Below, piece after piece: positions 51,480 through 64,000 of a DNA stretch of 64,000 nucleotides. Below the pieces are notes generated by a model. That model saw only the letters and a program-made list of their open reading frames with translations. It made no database searches and had not been told where the DNA came from. The stretch spans positions 126,792,001-126,856,000 of the forward strand of contig NC_086097.1 in NCBI RefSeq assembly GCF_963921235.1, read 5' to 3'. The first letter of the stretch is position 1. Each line of letters starts with the position of its first letter. The position numbers and the translations under genes were made by a program. Origin of the DNA: Mobula hypostoma. Its lineage: Eukaryota.

Positions 51480-52075
51480 AAAAAATACCCTGGATCCTCC
51501 TCGGGCAGGTGTGCGGAAAGATCAAAGAAGTAGAGCTATGTTAACGCAGCCACAGGATCCGAAAGTTACAGTGCGCGCGCAAAGGCTCGTGCAACCGCGA
51601 GCTCCCGCGCGCCTGTCGCCCACACCTGAAACCGAGAGCCCATGCGCGTGGTTGTGGGTCTCCCCTTGGTGGGGTGGGGTCTCGCGCTATGCGGGGCGCG
51701 TCACCCTGTTCCCGAGGCGTCACGCTGCAAAGGTACAGAGGTGCAAGTGTTGCTGCGACTCTTTAATAGGGAGCGCAAGGTCTGGGCAGTGCAGAGGGAT
51801 TATAATGCATTGAGCGCATCAGGGACCAGATGTCTTTAAGCCTTGCAGAGGTTAACCGGCGCAACAGTGAGAGGAGCGGGGGAGAGCAGGAGTGTTGGAC
51901 GGATAGACAAGCAGAGAGTGACCGTGCAGAAAGCGACGGAGTTGCTGATTCCAGTGACTGAACTCTTTAAGTACCGATCACTCGGAAGTACCTATTAGTT
52001 CAGTGACAGCGAACAGCAACCAGAGCTTCTGTACTGTGTCCGCCGAGCCAGCATCCCACCAGCTCGATTTTAACT
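51480..52075 (+). promoter_or_regulatory. CpG island promoter with probable non-coding first exon of an unidentified gene
   Basis: Dense unrepeated CpG (gcgcgcgc, cccgcgcgc, ggggcgcg) in a CpG-poor window; donor AACT|GTGAGT at 52075/52076. Confidence 0.6.
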
Positions 52076-55000
52076 GTGAGTGCGTAATTGTCTGCAAACA
52101 AGCTCTCCTTCCCTTTAAGACGGTCGTTTTCAGTTGTAGCTAAGAGCTTGGCTGTGAATCAAGTGTTTTTGTCCTTCTTTCGGGAATGTTGTGCTATTTA
52201 AATAGTTGCCTTGTAGATTAGAATAAGATTTGTTCAACTTGTAATATATTATTTTACTGATAGCGATTCTGCTACAAGACCTCTGTTATACAGTTGTAAG
52301 GTGTTAATCTGATGATGTTTGGCATCAAATCCATACTTACTAGATAATTACCAACTTGTTATAGGCTTAATATTTTTTTAAGAATTCTTGCGTTGCCTCC
52401 AGTAATTCAAGCCTGTGATCGTCACACCCATATACTTTTACAGGATGTGTTCACCTATGTAAAGCAACCAGTTTTTTTGTCTTAAAACAGGACCAAATGG
52501 AAATGTTTTTCTTACAAGGCATTTCATAAAAGGACGGGAAGAGGACTTGGGGTACCTACATTTTAATAAAGTTAATTTGCTGTATGTTTCACACAAAATA
52601 CTAAGTATTGTGGAGATTAGATCATTCAGGATTTGCTTTAAATGCTCAAGAAAAAGAACAGCATGTGTGAATGAAAGAAATTTGAAAGGTTTGTATCAGA
52701 CTCCCAAAAATCATTTGGGAGGGTTCCAGGGGAGAGACCTGTTGCAAAAAAAAGTGTGCACTGCATTAAACTAATGGTGCCAGATTGAGAGAAATCTGGG
52801 GACAAACTTTCAGAGGTGTAGTTCAGAAAGCGTAAATGCAGATTGACCTGCTAAGTTTTGTGGTCTTACCCATATTTCCAGCATTTTTTTTGGCTTATTT
52901 TTATACAATTGCAACCTATTGTCTCATTTTGATTATAACACAAATTCCATTTCCATTGTACCTTTAGCATTGTGAAAATATAGCAAGTATTTCACAGGAA
53001 CATTTGGAAGCAAACAGTTGAAATAGAGCTATATTGAAGTACTTGGATAGTTTGCTGTAGGTTACTGTGGGATATAGACAGGATGTAGAGTTGGGCAGAG
53101 GTGGTGTTCAATCTGGGAAAGTATGAAGTGATATATTTAGGACGATCAATTTTGAAGACACATGCCACAGTAGCGTAGTGGTTAGCACGATGCTAACACA
53201 ACTCTGGAGTTCGGAGATCAATTCTAGTGCTGTTTTAAAAGAAGTCTCTGTGCATTCTCTCCATGGAATACGTGGTGAATGACATTATCCACACCAGTTC
53301 AGGAGCCTGATGATTGTGGGTTTTACCTGTTCATAAACCTGGCGATGTTGGACCTAAAGCTTCTGTGCCTCCCACCTGATGGTAGTAGTGAGGAGAGAGC
53401 ATAGTCTGGATGGTGGGGGTCATTAATATGGATGCTTTCCTGTGGCAGTGCTCCAAGTCAATGTACTCAGTTGTAGGGAGGGCTTCTCCTGTGATGGACT
53501 GGGCTGTATCTACCTCTTTCTGTAGTGGTTCTCTTCCTTCCTATACCCAAGTGGCAGAAGAGCTGGTTATGCTGTATTCTTAACCTCAACTTGGGATCAA
53601 ATGCTACACTACAATGATCAATCACAGAAAGCCACGTGGTGCTGGGGAATGCCATTCCTGATGCTGGGTAGCTTTTTGGGGGTAAAGATGCTGATGCATG
53701 TTTTTCAAATATGGTAGCTCCCCAGATTACAGAAGACCTAACTTACAGAAACTTGACATTACAAAATCCCCCCATAAGTTTTTAAATGATTTTTCTAGAG
53801 AGAATGACTCCTTACAGTACATGTGCCTTTAATTATGGGCAGCGTTAGGATGAACATAGAAGATATTCACTGAAATGGAAGAGTTTATAGGAAGTGTATG
53901 CAGAGCAGTACAGTATGAGTAGCAATGGGAAATGGATGACAGAGTAACACAATACAGTAGTACTTCGGGAAGGGGAGGCTCGACTGTTTCATATAATGGG
54001 CTTTTATCTTGGTTTTGGAGAAAATTGTTCATTTACATTATATGTTACGGAAGAATTAGTTTACGGTCAGTTCTCATGAACAGAACCCTTATGTAAACTA
54101 GGGACTTCCTGTAATTGATCTGGGCAGCCCAGGATCTCCATATTTATCGCCCAGGTCTGCGCCCCGGAACGGGCGCATCCATTGTCTACTTAGACAGAGA
54201 CAGACGGAGCCATGATGATCCTATAATTGTAAGAACAGCTCACTCAGTCGTAGCTGGTAAATGCCTCTGAGAGAGGTGGAGATGAAGTCCACAAATGGAA
54301 TCTTATGCCATGCTCTCCATTGGTATTGCAGTGGAGCGCCATGCAGATGGGAATAATGTTGGCCAGTGACAAATCCCTGCAGGACACCATGGTAACAATG
54401 CTGGGTGATTCCCTGGATAAGTGCTAGAAAAGTGAGGATGCCAGTAGGTAATGATGGTCCCAGCCCAGGCAGCTGGAATGCATCAGAGACACTGGAGGTG
54501 CTTTGAGTACTAATAGCTGAAGGGAAGGAGGGACAGGTTACATTGGATGTAATCACAAAAGATTTCATTGTGATCAGTGCATTTCCATTGGTGTAGTAGT
54601 GAGGATCCTTGAATTTGGGGCATTTCAACAAGGTGTTCCTGTTAAGGATAGGAAGAATTTAGGATCTCTAGCATAGGAAGAGGGATATAAGAAGAGATGG
54701 GTTTTTCTTGGGAGGATCCTGGAAAAGTGGACTGTTAACTGAAGTCCAGCCAGGTCTGATGGTGAGCATCCAAATTAGCTTTTCAAATCTGAATTCTTTG
54801 GTCATAAGGGGGTGGAGATGAAGATTGTATTATTGAAATGACAGCTTGGTGAGTGCATTGGTTTTAAAAAGGCTTAGCTGAAGTTAGGTTGATTGAGCAT
54901 GTTTGTAGCTGCAAGAATATTGTAACAATGGTTACATAGTTGAGTCTTTAAAAGTTTTTTTTAAAGCCAGGGCTGAATACAGATGGAAAGAAGTTTGAGA

Positions 55001-55559
55001 AGAGGAAGATGGGTAGAGAGAGAGATACAAGGAAGTAATCAGAGGCCTATCTGTGATTACGATAGAGGGAATAGCAAGGCTATGAGAGTTGGTGAGGTGC
55101 TATTTTCATGGAGGGAAAGGTTAGACATTTAGTCTATGGTGATTGTGCAGGCTTGTGTCTTATCAGTTTAGATATTTTGATTTCTGTAAAGGGCATATTA
55201 ACAGATGTGCACTCTCAGCAGGCTTGTAGAAAATAAACACCCACATGAACTAAACTCCATCTCCACATTTTTATTAGTCATGATATTGGTGATGAGGAAA
55301 ATTGTCTCAAAATCAAGCAGTAAGTGATTGGATGAATAAAAATGGGGAGAGACAAAGTCCAACCATTACCTGCTTTAAAAATATAAGGATAGAAAGAATT
55401 GCCATAAATCTCACTGTAGCATTTGACTCTCAGATCTAGTCAGGGGAAGAATATTTTGAGATACTGTACTGTCAAATTTCTTTGCTGCATGTGACATTGA
55501 TGATGCAGACAGGTTATAGCCTAAAGAGTGCATCAAGTGCCCCTACATAAAGTTTATTG

Positions 55560-56700
55560 TGAAAACTGGAAACCCAATTGTTAAATGACTTGAAAACAAT
55601 TGGGAAAACCCAATTGTTAAATGACTTGAAGTGGAGGTGGATGGAAACTCAAGAAAAAGCCCGTGTTCACCAGAAATTATTCATGTGATGCAAAACCCTA
55701 CTGTCCTGGTGGCACTCCATCTGATGATAGGTGGTTCTGAAATCCAGTAGGGGTTATCTCCAGAAACCCAACAGCAGAAGAGGGAAAATACATATTTAAG
55801 CCCATCACTCCTACTGGGCATAGGCCACCAACAGCAGCTTATCAGAGTCCTCTGTCCTGGGCCAGTCTTTCAAGTTGTCCCCAGGTGTAGCCCATCTTTT
55901 TGGTATCATTCCTCTCCCAGAGATATCTTTGGAATTTGTTTTGGCTTTTCTGTAGCTCTGGGTTTGTTACAGAATGGGGTTGCTAGCCCCATGCCAAACA
56001 CGCCTTCACAGCCAGGCTTGGCAGTATTCGTGGTGGAGTTGAGAAGGAAAGTACTCAGCTGGATAAAGTTCTAGGCATGTTCAGAGTAAAATGGTTTCCA
56101 GAAGTACATTTCATCATTCACACAGACCGCAAACCCCTTTCAGGAAATGAAGCTAATGCATCAGCTAGTTCTCCTATGGGTTGAAAGATTGTCTTTGACC
56201 TGTTCAGATCTGGAAAATACCACAGAAACATACATGCGCTCAGTGATCTCCTGATGATGGAGGAAGACATGGCCAATGGCAATGATGAATCATCTGGGCA
56301 ATCCTGCAAGTACTATGCAAATTGGAGAGCAGACAGCAAAATACCCTACACTGTCAAGTTCAGGAGTACATCGTGGGAGGGGGCTTACAGAGAAAATACC
56401 ACAGTTAATGTCCTACCATTCCGGTACTTATAACTGAGTATTAGGAACAGATACATCATGTGAAGAGCTGGAGCTTTGAGTTCCCCTTAAGGATGGGCAT
56501 TGTTTCCAAAGGAACAGTTCCAGGAATTATATCAGTATGTGTCAGCTGGTTGATACAAGTGGACTCTGACAGTGAGCAAGAAGCACAGTCTTGCATGAAA
56601 TGTAAAGAAAACATTTGGGAATGTTGGAGTACATGCCATGTTGATTATGTTGGACCATTCTAAGGGAAGATGTTCCTGCTGCTAGTTGATGTTTAAAATG
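55560..56700 (+). mobile_element. Decayed Gypsy pol remnant with an RTE-like insert near 55800-56035
   Basis: Traces of EKE, TD(H)KPL and HVDY(V)GPF...FLLLVD motifs. Confidence 0.55.
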
Positions 56701-56931
56701 GATTGCCGGAGTTATGTTTTATAACTCCAGAAACTAATCAGAAGAAAAACACGAAAAGCCAAGAAACATGTCAACTTAGCATTTACTTTCCTTTAGTGAG
56801 GCGCTCCCATATGATGTGGTGGTGTATGAGTGTTTTCGGTTGGATATCTGCAGACCTCAATTCAGTGTCTTTGAAATGCCATTCAAACCCATTTTGTGGA
56901 TTGACTGAAACTGCTGAGCCAGTGTCCAATT

Positions 56932-58305
56932 CATAGAAACATGGAAAACCTATAGCATAATACAGACCCTTTGGCCCACAAAGCTGTGCTGAACATGTCC
57001 TTACCTGAGAAATTACCTAGGGTTACCCATAGCCCTCTATTTTTCTAAGCTCAATGTACCTATCCAGGAGTCTCTTAAAAGACCCTATCATATCTGTCTC
57101 TACCATTGTCACCGGCAGCCCATTCCGCGCACTCTCCACTCTGCGTTTTGTGACGAAAAACCAAGTTATCAGAAGATTGATGCTAATGAGAGAGAGAGAT
57201 AAGGGAGACAATGGAGAAACGTTCAAAATGTTAATGAGAGAGGAGAGAGAGATAACGAAAAGAGGCACAATTCAGAATATTGACAGACCAGTTGCTTTGA
57301 ACCTGAACTGTTTGAAGTTTGATGGACAGGCGATACCCCAGCAGGGGGATAAAAAGAACAGGTTCGCTAAGGCACGACACACACCACGAGATCACGAGAT
57401 AACGAGACCCTGGAAGAGTGGTGTGCCTCCACAAGTTGGTGCGCGTTTGGAGGTCTGGTTCGAGGGAACCGACAATAGACTGACAGGGTGAAAAGGTACG
57501 ATTGGCGGGAACCTGGTGTGTGTCCCCGCCCTTGCCTGGGTGCCGGGTTCACTGCGGAAGAACGGTCGTATCTGGAACGGAGGGGTCACAGTCGGTGACC
57601 ACAGAAGACATAAAAGGGTCTGCCCGAAAGCTAACTGCAAAGAACATCAAAGGTCTGCTTGAATCAAATTTGCGCGCTCTTCTCTCTCTCTCTCTCTCTC
57701 TCTCCTCTCTCACTGTCTCTCTCTCCCTCCCCCCCATGGCACAACAGCGATTACTGCGAACTGTACTAAGCTGAACTGAATTCTGCGTCACTTGAGACTG
57801 ATCATTTTTCCTCTAGACTGCGATAGAGCTTGGCTGAGTCCTATTACCCTAGTTCTGTGTACATGTGTGTTTTATCATTGCTAACCTGTTGCATTTATAT
57901 CCTTACCATTAGAGTACTGTGTTACTTATTTCTTTAATGAAACTTTATTAGTTTCCAGTAATCCAGACTCCAACTAGTGGTCCATTTCTGCTGGTTTGGC
58001 AACCCAGTTACGGGGTATGTAACAGTTTAAAAAAAAAACTTACCACTGACATTTCTTCTGTACTTACTTCCAAGCACCTTAAAATTATGCCCGCTCATGC
58101 TAGGCATTTCAGCCCTGGGAAAAAGCCTCTGAATATTCACACTATCAATGCCTCTCATCATCTTATACACCTCCATCAGGTCACCTCTCATCCTCCGTCA
58201 CTCCAAGGAGAAAAGGTCAAGTTCACTCAACCTATTCTCATAAGGCATGCTCCCCAATCCAGGCAACATCCATGTAAATCTCCTCTGCACCCTTTCTATG
58301 GTTTC
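56932..58305 (-). mobile_element. CR1 3' fragment split by a solo LTR
   Basis: Same family as 37438-38200; colinear across the LTR insertion. Confidence 0.8.
57149..58024 (+). mobile_element. Solo LTR (876 bp)
   Basis: TGTGAC...GTAACA ends; 4-bp TSD gttt at 57145-57148 and 58025-58028; internal (CT)n. Confidence 0.88.
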
Positions 58306-58479
58306 CAATTCCATTCTGATTAATTTACCATTCTCTTGTGGTGTAAGCCATATTGCTTGTCCCTCATTAGTTTTCTCATTTTAAATCTCAAGGCTAACAA
58401 GTCCTGCGTTATTCTCATTATCAGATTTTCATCAACAGCTTGCAAATTAATGCTCTGTTTGAAACTGCAACTACACTTT

Positions 58480-59580
58480 TATTTTTTTCTTCTTCCCTGT
58501 GCGGACCATTTATTTTTGTCTGCCTGACATGCTCTTTTTATGTGCCCTACTTTGTCACATTTTCTTTAAGTTTCGCCTTTAATCTTGTATTGGTCTGGTG
58601 TATGTGAGCCCCTGCCACAACACTAACACGATTTGTTTGTTCTGGCAGATTTCCATTTAGACATTGCAATTTTGTTCAACACTCACTTTCATTCCGGGCT
58701 GCAACTCACTTGTGCCTCTGGTTGCTGTTTTCATTGATACAGCTATTTCAATTGCTGTTTTAAATGTGAGTTGTGCTTCAGTTAGGAGCCATGTTTGAAT
58801 GCTTTTCTGTAAGACTCCACAAACTAAACGATCTGTCGGTGCATCATTAAGCCAATCATTGAACTGACAATACTTGGGAAAATTTCTTCAATTCAACTAC
58901 AAATGCTGGAATGGACTTCCCGTCCTTTTTGATTCCAGTTATGAAACCTAAAGTGTTCTGCAATCAACAATGGTTTCAGTTCTAAGTGTTCCTGCATTGC
59001 ATTCATGATATCAGCAAAGCTTATTTCAGCTGGAGCAGTGGAACTTCTAAGCAAACTGTATGCCTTTCTACCTATTACATTCAGCAACACTGCTTTTATT
59101 TATTATTACTATCACCTGGTTCTTACTGTTTATGAACCCACGATTTTCATTTATTTTCTACCTTTTTTTGAACTCTACCTTCTTTCTCCCTTTCTGAAGA
59201 AACATCTCTCTCCTCCTTTAAAAACTTGAACATCTCTCTCCTCCTTTCAATGAAAAACGAGCTGTGCTTTCTTAAAACGTGAATGCCTCGCTGAGCTTCA
59301 CCAGGTAGGTAGCTGTCTCAGGTTCGTTTAAAACCTGCTCATCGCCTCTATTATGTTTTGTAACTCCAGACACTAACTGAAAGAAGAACACAGGAGCCAG
59401 GATATGCTTTGTCTCCTTGCTTTTTATCCCTTCTTCCTTTTCCTTTAGTGAGACGCTAACGTATGAGGTGGTGGCGTAATGACATGTACCATTCGCCTAC
59501 TTCTTAGATAGAAGTCATAATGAATTATGTAAACAAAGAATGCTTAAACAATATATTTACAATATTACTCAAATATTAAT
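58480..59580 (-). mobile_element. Gypsy 5' LTR, PBS and gag remnant
   Basis: LLNVIGRKAYSLLRS...IAEHFRFH gag remnant; PBS-like GGCGATGAG next to the LTR end at about 59354. Confidence 0.6.
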
Positions 59581-59964
59581 GAAATATTAAATGCACTACA
59601 CATGGTGTCAGACAATAGAACTTGTTTTATGAGTGTGAAGTTTGAAGATTCCATTGATAACAAAATGGCATAAATGATCTTGCATCTGTCCATTGTCATC
59701 CTTCCTTTAATGGGAAAACAGAGTTGTTCAGACTTCCAAAGAAGAATGAAGGAAGCAGCAATGAAACTAGTCTCTTTGTTCCTATTTGGTCCCACTTTCA
59801 CTGCAATCGACAAATGGGCAGTCTCTCGTAGAATTACTTATGGTAAAGAAATTGAGGTCAACTTTACTTCTCATCAGTCACAATCTAAACCAATCATACA
59901 GCACAAAGCTGAAACATACTATGACAAAATGCAAAAATAAAGTGATAGCATGGGATGCTGTGTA

Positions 59965-62900
59965 CATATATCTATTGATGCTTCTGAACACATCTTCAGT
60001 GATGTTCCTGGAATCATTGGGTGTTTCGGGTCTTTCAACATCATACAACCTCCTCCAGGTGACCCAGCCGGGGCTGATCAGACCCCAGCTTGTGTCCAGA
60101 TGGCTAGCTACTTATGACTCCATGGCTCCCCTCTTTTGAGCCACAGCCATCTCGAGGCCCTCTCTGCCGCATCGGTGGTACTGCGGATGGCTCTCCTCTT
60201 CCTCTCTCCCTCAATGCCCAAAACGCTGAAGGCTCTAACTAAAGAACGGGCTACGAATCCCCTACAACCAACCTCCACTGGGAGACACCTCGCTCTCCAT
60301 CCAGCCTGCTGACAGTTGCTGACCAGTCCTGCGTACTTGGAGAGCTTCCTTTCAAAGGCCTCTTCCAAGCTATCTTCGCATGGGACTGTCAGCTCCAGCA
60401 GCACCACTTGCTTAGTAGACTCAGACACTAGGACAATGTCTGGTCGCAGGGTGGTGGCTGTGATGTGATTGGGGAACTTCAGCTGCCCTTCGGGGTTCAC
60501 CAACAGCTGCCAGTCCCTTGCAGAGGTCAGAATGCCTGCAGATGTTCTTTTGGCAGGTATTGGCTGCTCCCCAGCTCTGACAAAGGCAATGGTCTGCTTG
60601 GAGGGTCGGGACTGCTTCGCCCACTCAACTCCTGCGCTGACAGCTTCAGCGATGGTCTTCAGGACCTGATCATGCCTCCACCTGTACCGTCCCTCACCAA
60701 GTGCCCTTGCACAGCCGCTGAGGATGTGCTCCAGGGTTCTTCGCTTAGAGCACAGTGGGCACGCAGATGACTCTGCCTTGCCCCATGTGTGCAGGTTTGA
60801 TGGACTTGGAAGCATATCGTACACTGCCTGGATGAGAAATTGGATGCGGTGTGGTTTGGCTTTCCAAAGATCAGCCCAGGTCACCTTCCTCTCAACCGCA
60901 TTCTCCCATCTTGTCCAAGCTCCCTGTTGCTTCATTCCCACCGCCTTGCAGGCTCTCATCTCCTCCACTACTGCTCTCACCTCCTCCTGAACTAGATGAC
61001 GCCTTTCCTTCCCTCTGGTGTCCATTTGGGGAGTTGGAAAGGATCCTAGCCCAGCTCGGCCTCGTGTGACCACTCCCACCGGCCTCGTGTGACCACTCCC
61101 ACCAGCCTCCTGTGATGCAGCCTCGCCTCTGCCTCCTGAACAGCTTCCTCTGCCCTCCACTTCCTGCCAATACTTACTTGGATCCCTGCTCTAGCCACCT
61201 TCGGGTCACTTGAGTCCCTATACTGTAGCACTTCTCTGGCTCTTGTTACCTTGAATTCTTCCTCCAAGGATTTGAAGGGCAGTTGCAGTTTGTTGTGGTG
61301 TCCATAGAGTGCGATGCTGCTCAGGCTCTTTGGCAGCCCCAGCCATCTCCTGAGGTGGTTGCTAACCCTCCTCTCTAAGGTTTCGACTGTCGAGATCGGG
61401 ACTGCATAGATGAGGAGGGGCCATAGGATTCTGGGAAGAATGCCATGCTGATACATCCAGGCTTTAAACTTCCCAGGTAGGCCAGACTTGTCCACAGATC
61501 TCAGCCAGCCATCCAACTCGGTGCAGGTTGCCTGAATGGATGTTGTGGCCCTTAAAGAGCTGTCAAAAACTTTGCCTATGCTCTTGACTGGCTTTTCTGT
61601 GATGGTTGGGATGGCTGTGCCTGCGATGCTGAACCGGAACTTGTTCTCCACCTTCCCTTTCCTCAGCACCATCGATCTTGATTTGGCAGGTTTGAAACAC
61701 ATCCGGGCCCACTCCACCAGCTTTTCGAGCCCTTGCAGAATCCTCCGGCAGCCTGGGACTGATTCTGTGGTGACTGTGAGGTCATCCATGAACGCCCTGA
61801 TCGGTGGTTGCCGTTGAACAGAATTCATTCTGGGCCCTCTGCACTCTGGTTCAGCAGACTTAGTGAGCATGTTCATGGCTAGGGAGAACAGTGTCACTGA
61901 GATGGTGCACCCTGTGATGATGCCGACCTCCACCTTGTGCCAGGTTGATGTAATTGTTCCTGAAGAGACCCTCATCCTGAAGTTGCTGTAATAATCAGCG
62001 ATAACTTCTCTGATTCTGCTGGGGACGTGGTATTTGGTCAGTGTGAGCTGCACCAGCTTGTGCGGAATGGAGCCATATGCATTTGCCAGGTCGAGCCACA
62101 ACACTGACAGGTTGCCCTTGTTCTTTCTGGCCTCCCTGATGAGCTGTGTCACCACGCCGATGTGCTCCAGACAGCCCAGCATCCCTGAAATGCCACTCTT
62201 CTGGACTGATGTATCAATATAGGTGTTCTTTGCTAGGCAGGTGCACAGCCGTTTAGAAACTGCACTGAAGAAGATCTTCGCCTCGACACACAGCAGGGAG
62301 ATGATGTGAAACTGATCTATCTGGGTGGCATTTTCCTCCTTCTGGATCCACACCCCTTCAGCCACTCTCCACTGCTCTGGGGTTTTCCCCCTTCTCCAGA
62401 AGATTCTCAGGATCTTCCACAGATGCAGCGGGGGTTTGGGGCAGTTCTTGTACACTTTGTACGAGGTGTTGCTTGGTCGTGGAGCCGAGCTTGCCCTTGC
62501 TTTGCGGACGACCTCTCTGACTTCCTTTAGCTGCAGCTCTGACATGTCGAACTGCACATCTGGTTCAGGTGGGTCTATTAGGATGTCGCACTCTCCCAAC
62601 TCCTGCTCTCTTTCAGGATCATTATATATCTTCTTCAGATGTTGGTCTATGTCTTCCTGCGAACAGGCCAGTTTCCCACTGCGCTTCTCCCCCAGAAACT
62701 CCTTGGTGAACTTGAAGGGGTTGGTGATAAAGGCAGCACGTTTTCGGGCCCTTTCACGACGCCGCCTCCAATGCCACTCTGCCCGGCAGAGGACCCTGAT
62801 CTTCTTTCGTAGTATGCACGTCAGCTGGGCCAAGCCATTGTGCTCCTCTTCTCCTGCCTCCTTGTATTGGGACTTCAGCGCTTTCATCTCCTGCCTGATG

Positions 62901-63505
62901 TTGTGGATCCTCAACGCTCTTTGGTTCTTCGAGTAAGATGTTTTGGAGCCTTCCTTCTCCTCTTCTCCGAACCGTTCAGCTGCGATACTGACAATAATTG
63001 TTGTCATGGCTTGCATCTTCCTATCAACCCCTCCCTTCGCCGTTGCCTCCAGAATTTGGTTAACATCTTCATCAAACTGCTTCCACAGTGAAGTCATGTT
63101 AGCTGCAGGCCATTTGATCCGCCTCCTGTTAGACTTCATGTTAGAGGGATTAGTTTGCAACACTTGGAGGTTCCGGGCACTATGGGGTGACTCCAGGCCT
63201 GGCCCCTCCTTCGTCTCACCAGGTTGGACACCTGCGTGTTGTGCTGCTCCTGCTCCCGCCAAACGCTTCATCCTTGCTTGGTGGATCTTCAAGCCACGAT
63301 CGTTCTTGCAGATTCTGCCACATGCACACTGCTCCCTCATCGTCGTTTGTTCATTGCCTGGGTCTGATGTTGTTGTGTCCTTCCGACTGGGGTGCTCATC
63401 CTCACCACCCCCCCCACCCCCCGTGCACCCCTGGGGGTATCTTTTCCTTAGATTCTTTGTAGCTTTTGTGGGGGTCCTCCTCTCAGGGGACACAGATTGG
63501 GTTGT
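59965..63505 (-). mobile_element. RLE-type non-LTR retrotransposon (HERO-like, R2 group), near full-length
   Basis: N-terminal zinc finger CACGRICKNDRGLKIHQ, RT (LDLANAYGSIPH, AFMDD), CCHC (CPLC..LEHILSGC), RHD and RPDIVL..LLELTVP endonuclease. Confidence 0.92.
60108..63493 (-). pseudogene. RT-RLE ORF frameshifted by a 23-bp tandem duplication
   Basis: ORFs 61046-63493 and 60108-61160 merge into 1120 codons when one copy of the 61058-61103 repeat is removed. Confidence 0.88.
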
Positions 63506-63785
63506 AATATTTACACATAACTTCAGTTTTGGATTCTGGGATTGAGATTACAGGGCAATTGTCACATCTAATTATTCTGGGAAATGCAAGCAGGGCAACT
63601 ACTCAGGATAAGCAAAGGTCACTGGGATAATGAGGTAGCAAAGCATATGGTACATGAGGTGACTTTGGACAATTGTGCGTCAGCACATTGTTGTGATAGA
63701 ATCTGGGGCCAGAATCTTTTGAAGCTATAGATCAGTGGACTAAGAAATAGTCTGTCCTATCGTAAGTGGATGTTAGCCCCTCTTC

Positions 63786-63819
63786 GAGAGAGAGAGTGAG
63801 AGTGAGAGTGAGAGAGAGA
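63786..63819. repeat. (GA)n / (GAGAGT)n microsatellite
   Basis: gagagagagagtgagagtgagagtgagagagaga. Confidence 0.85.
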
Positions 63820-64000
63820 TTGGCAGTTGTTGAAACATTTTGTAAATTTATTTCTGGAACTGGCTTTGGTGATTGGTGTGTTTGTGGGATGAGGAATGTG
63901 CTAATGCATTTAATTTGTTTAGTAACATGTAATTGGGTGCATATTGCAGTTGATAATTCTCTTCTAAGCCAGCGAAAGTCTCGGTGGTTTTGGATGCTTG

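Noticed and set aside
51951..51957. Iron-responsive element (CAGUGA loop)
   Set aside because: Flanking bases do not form the required 5-bp upper stem with a bulged C.
59990..60045. Hammerhead ribozyme in the HERO-like 3' UTR (CUGAAGA and GAAAC on minus)
   Set aside because: The motifs are not arranged around a three-way junction with a cleavage triplet; reported as a structured UTR instead.

Overview
Eukaryotic, vertebrate genomic DNA, most likely a cartilaginous fish (shark or ray; inferred from the CR1, Rex1, Penelope and V-SINE repeat mix). No prokaryotic features or CRISPR arrays are present, and most entries in the ORF track are transposon-derived or spurious. 1-31 kb holds the 3' part of a FACIT-type collagen gene on + (type IX/XXI-like: TSPN domain, Gly-X-Y exons, Cys-containing NC2, C-terminal C-x4-C, stop at 30975). 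I traced 18 exons with GT-AG boundaries; the 5' exons were not found. Three consecutive N-terminal helix exons have lost 6 of 17 obligatory glycines and one further exon looks dead, while downstream exons are intact. The introns carry Penelope-like retroelements with minimal hammerhead ribozymes, including fold-back mini-elements with 13-16 bp target-site duplications (TSDs). 31-64 kb is repeat-rich: L2, CR1 (one ORF2 broken by a single stop), two solo LTRs, Gypsy remnants, a CpG island with a probable non-coding first exon containing an 80-nt hairpin, and a near-intact restriction-like-endonuclease (HERO-like) non-LTR element. That element is broken by one 23-bp duplication and has a predicted pseudoknotted 3' UTR. 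Boundaries of old repeats are approximate.
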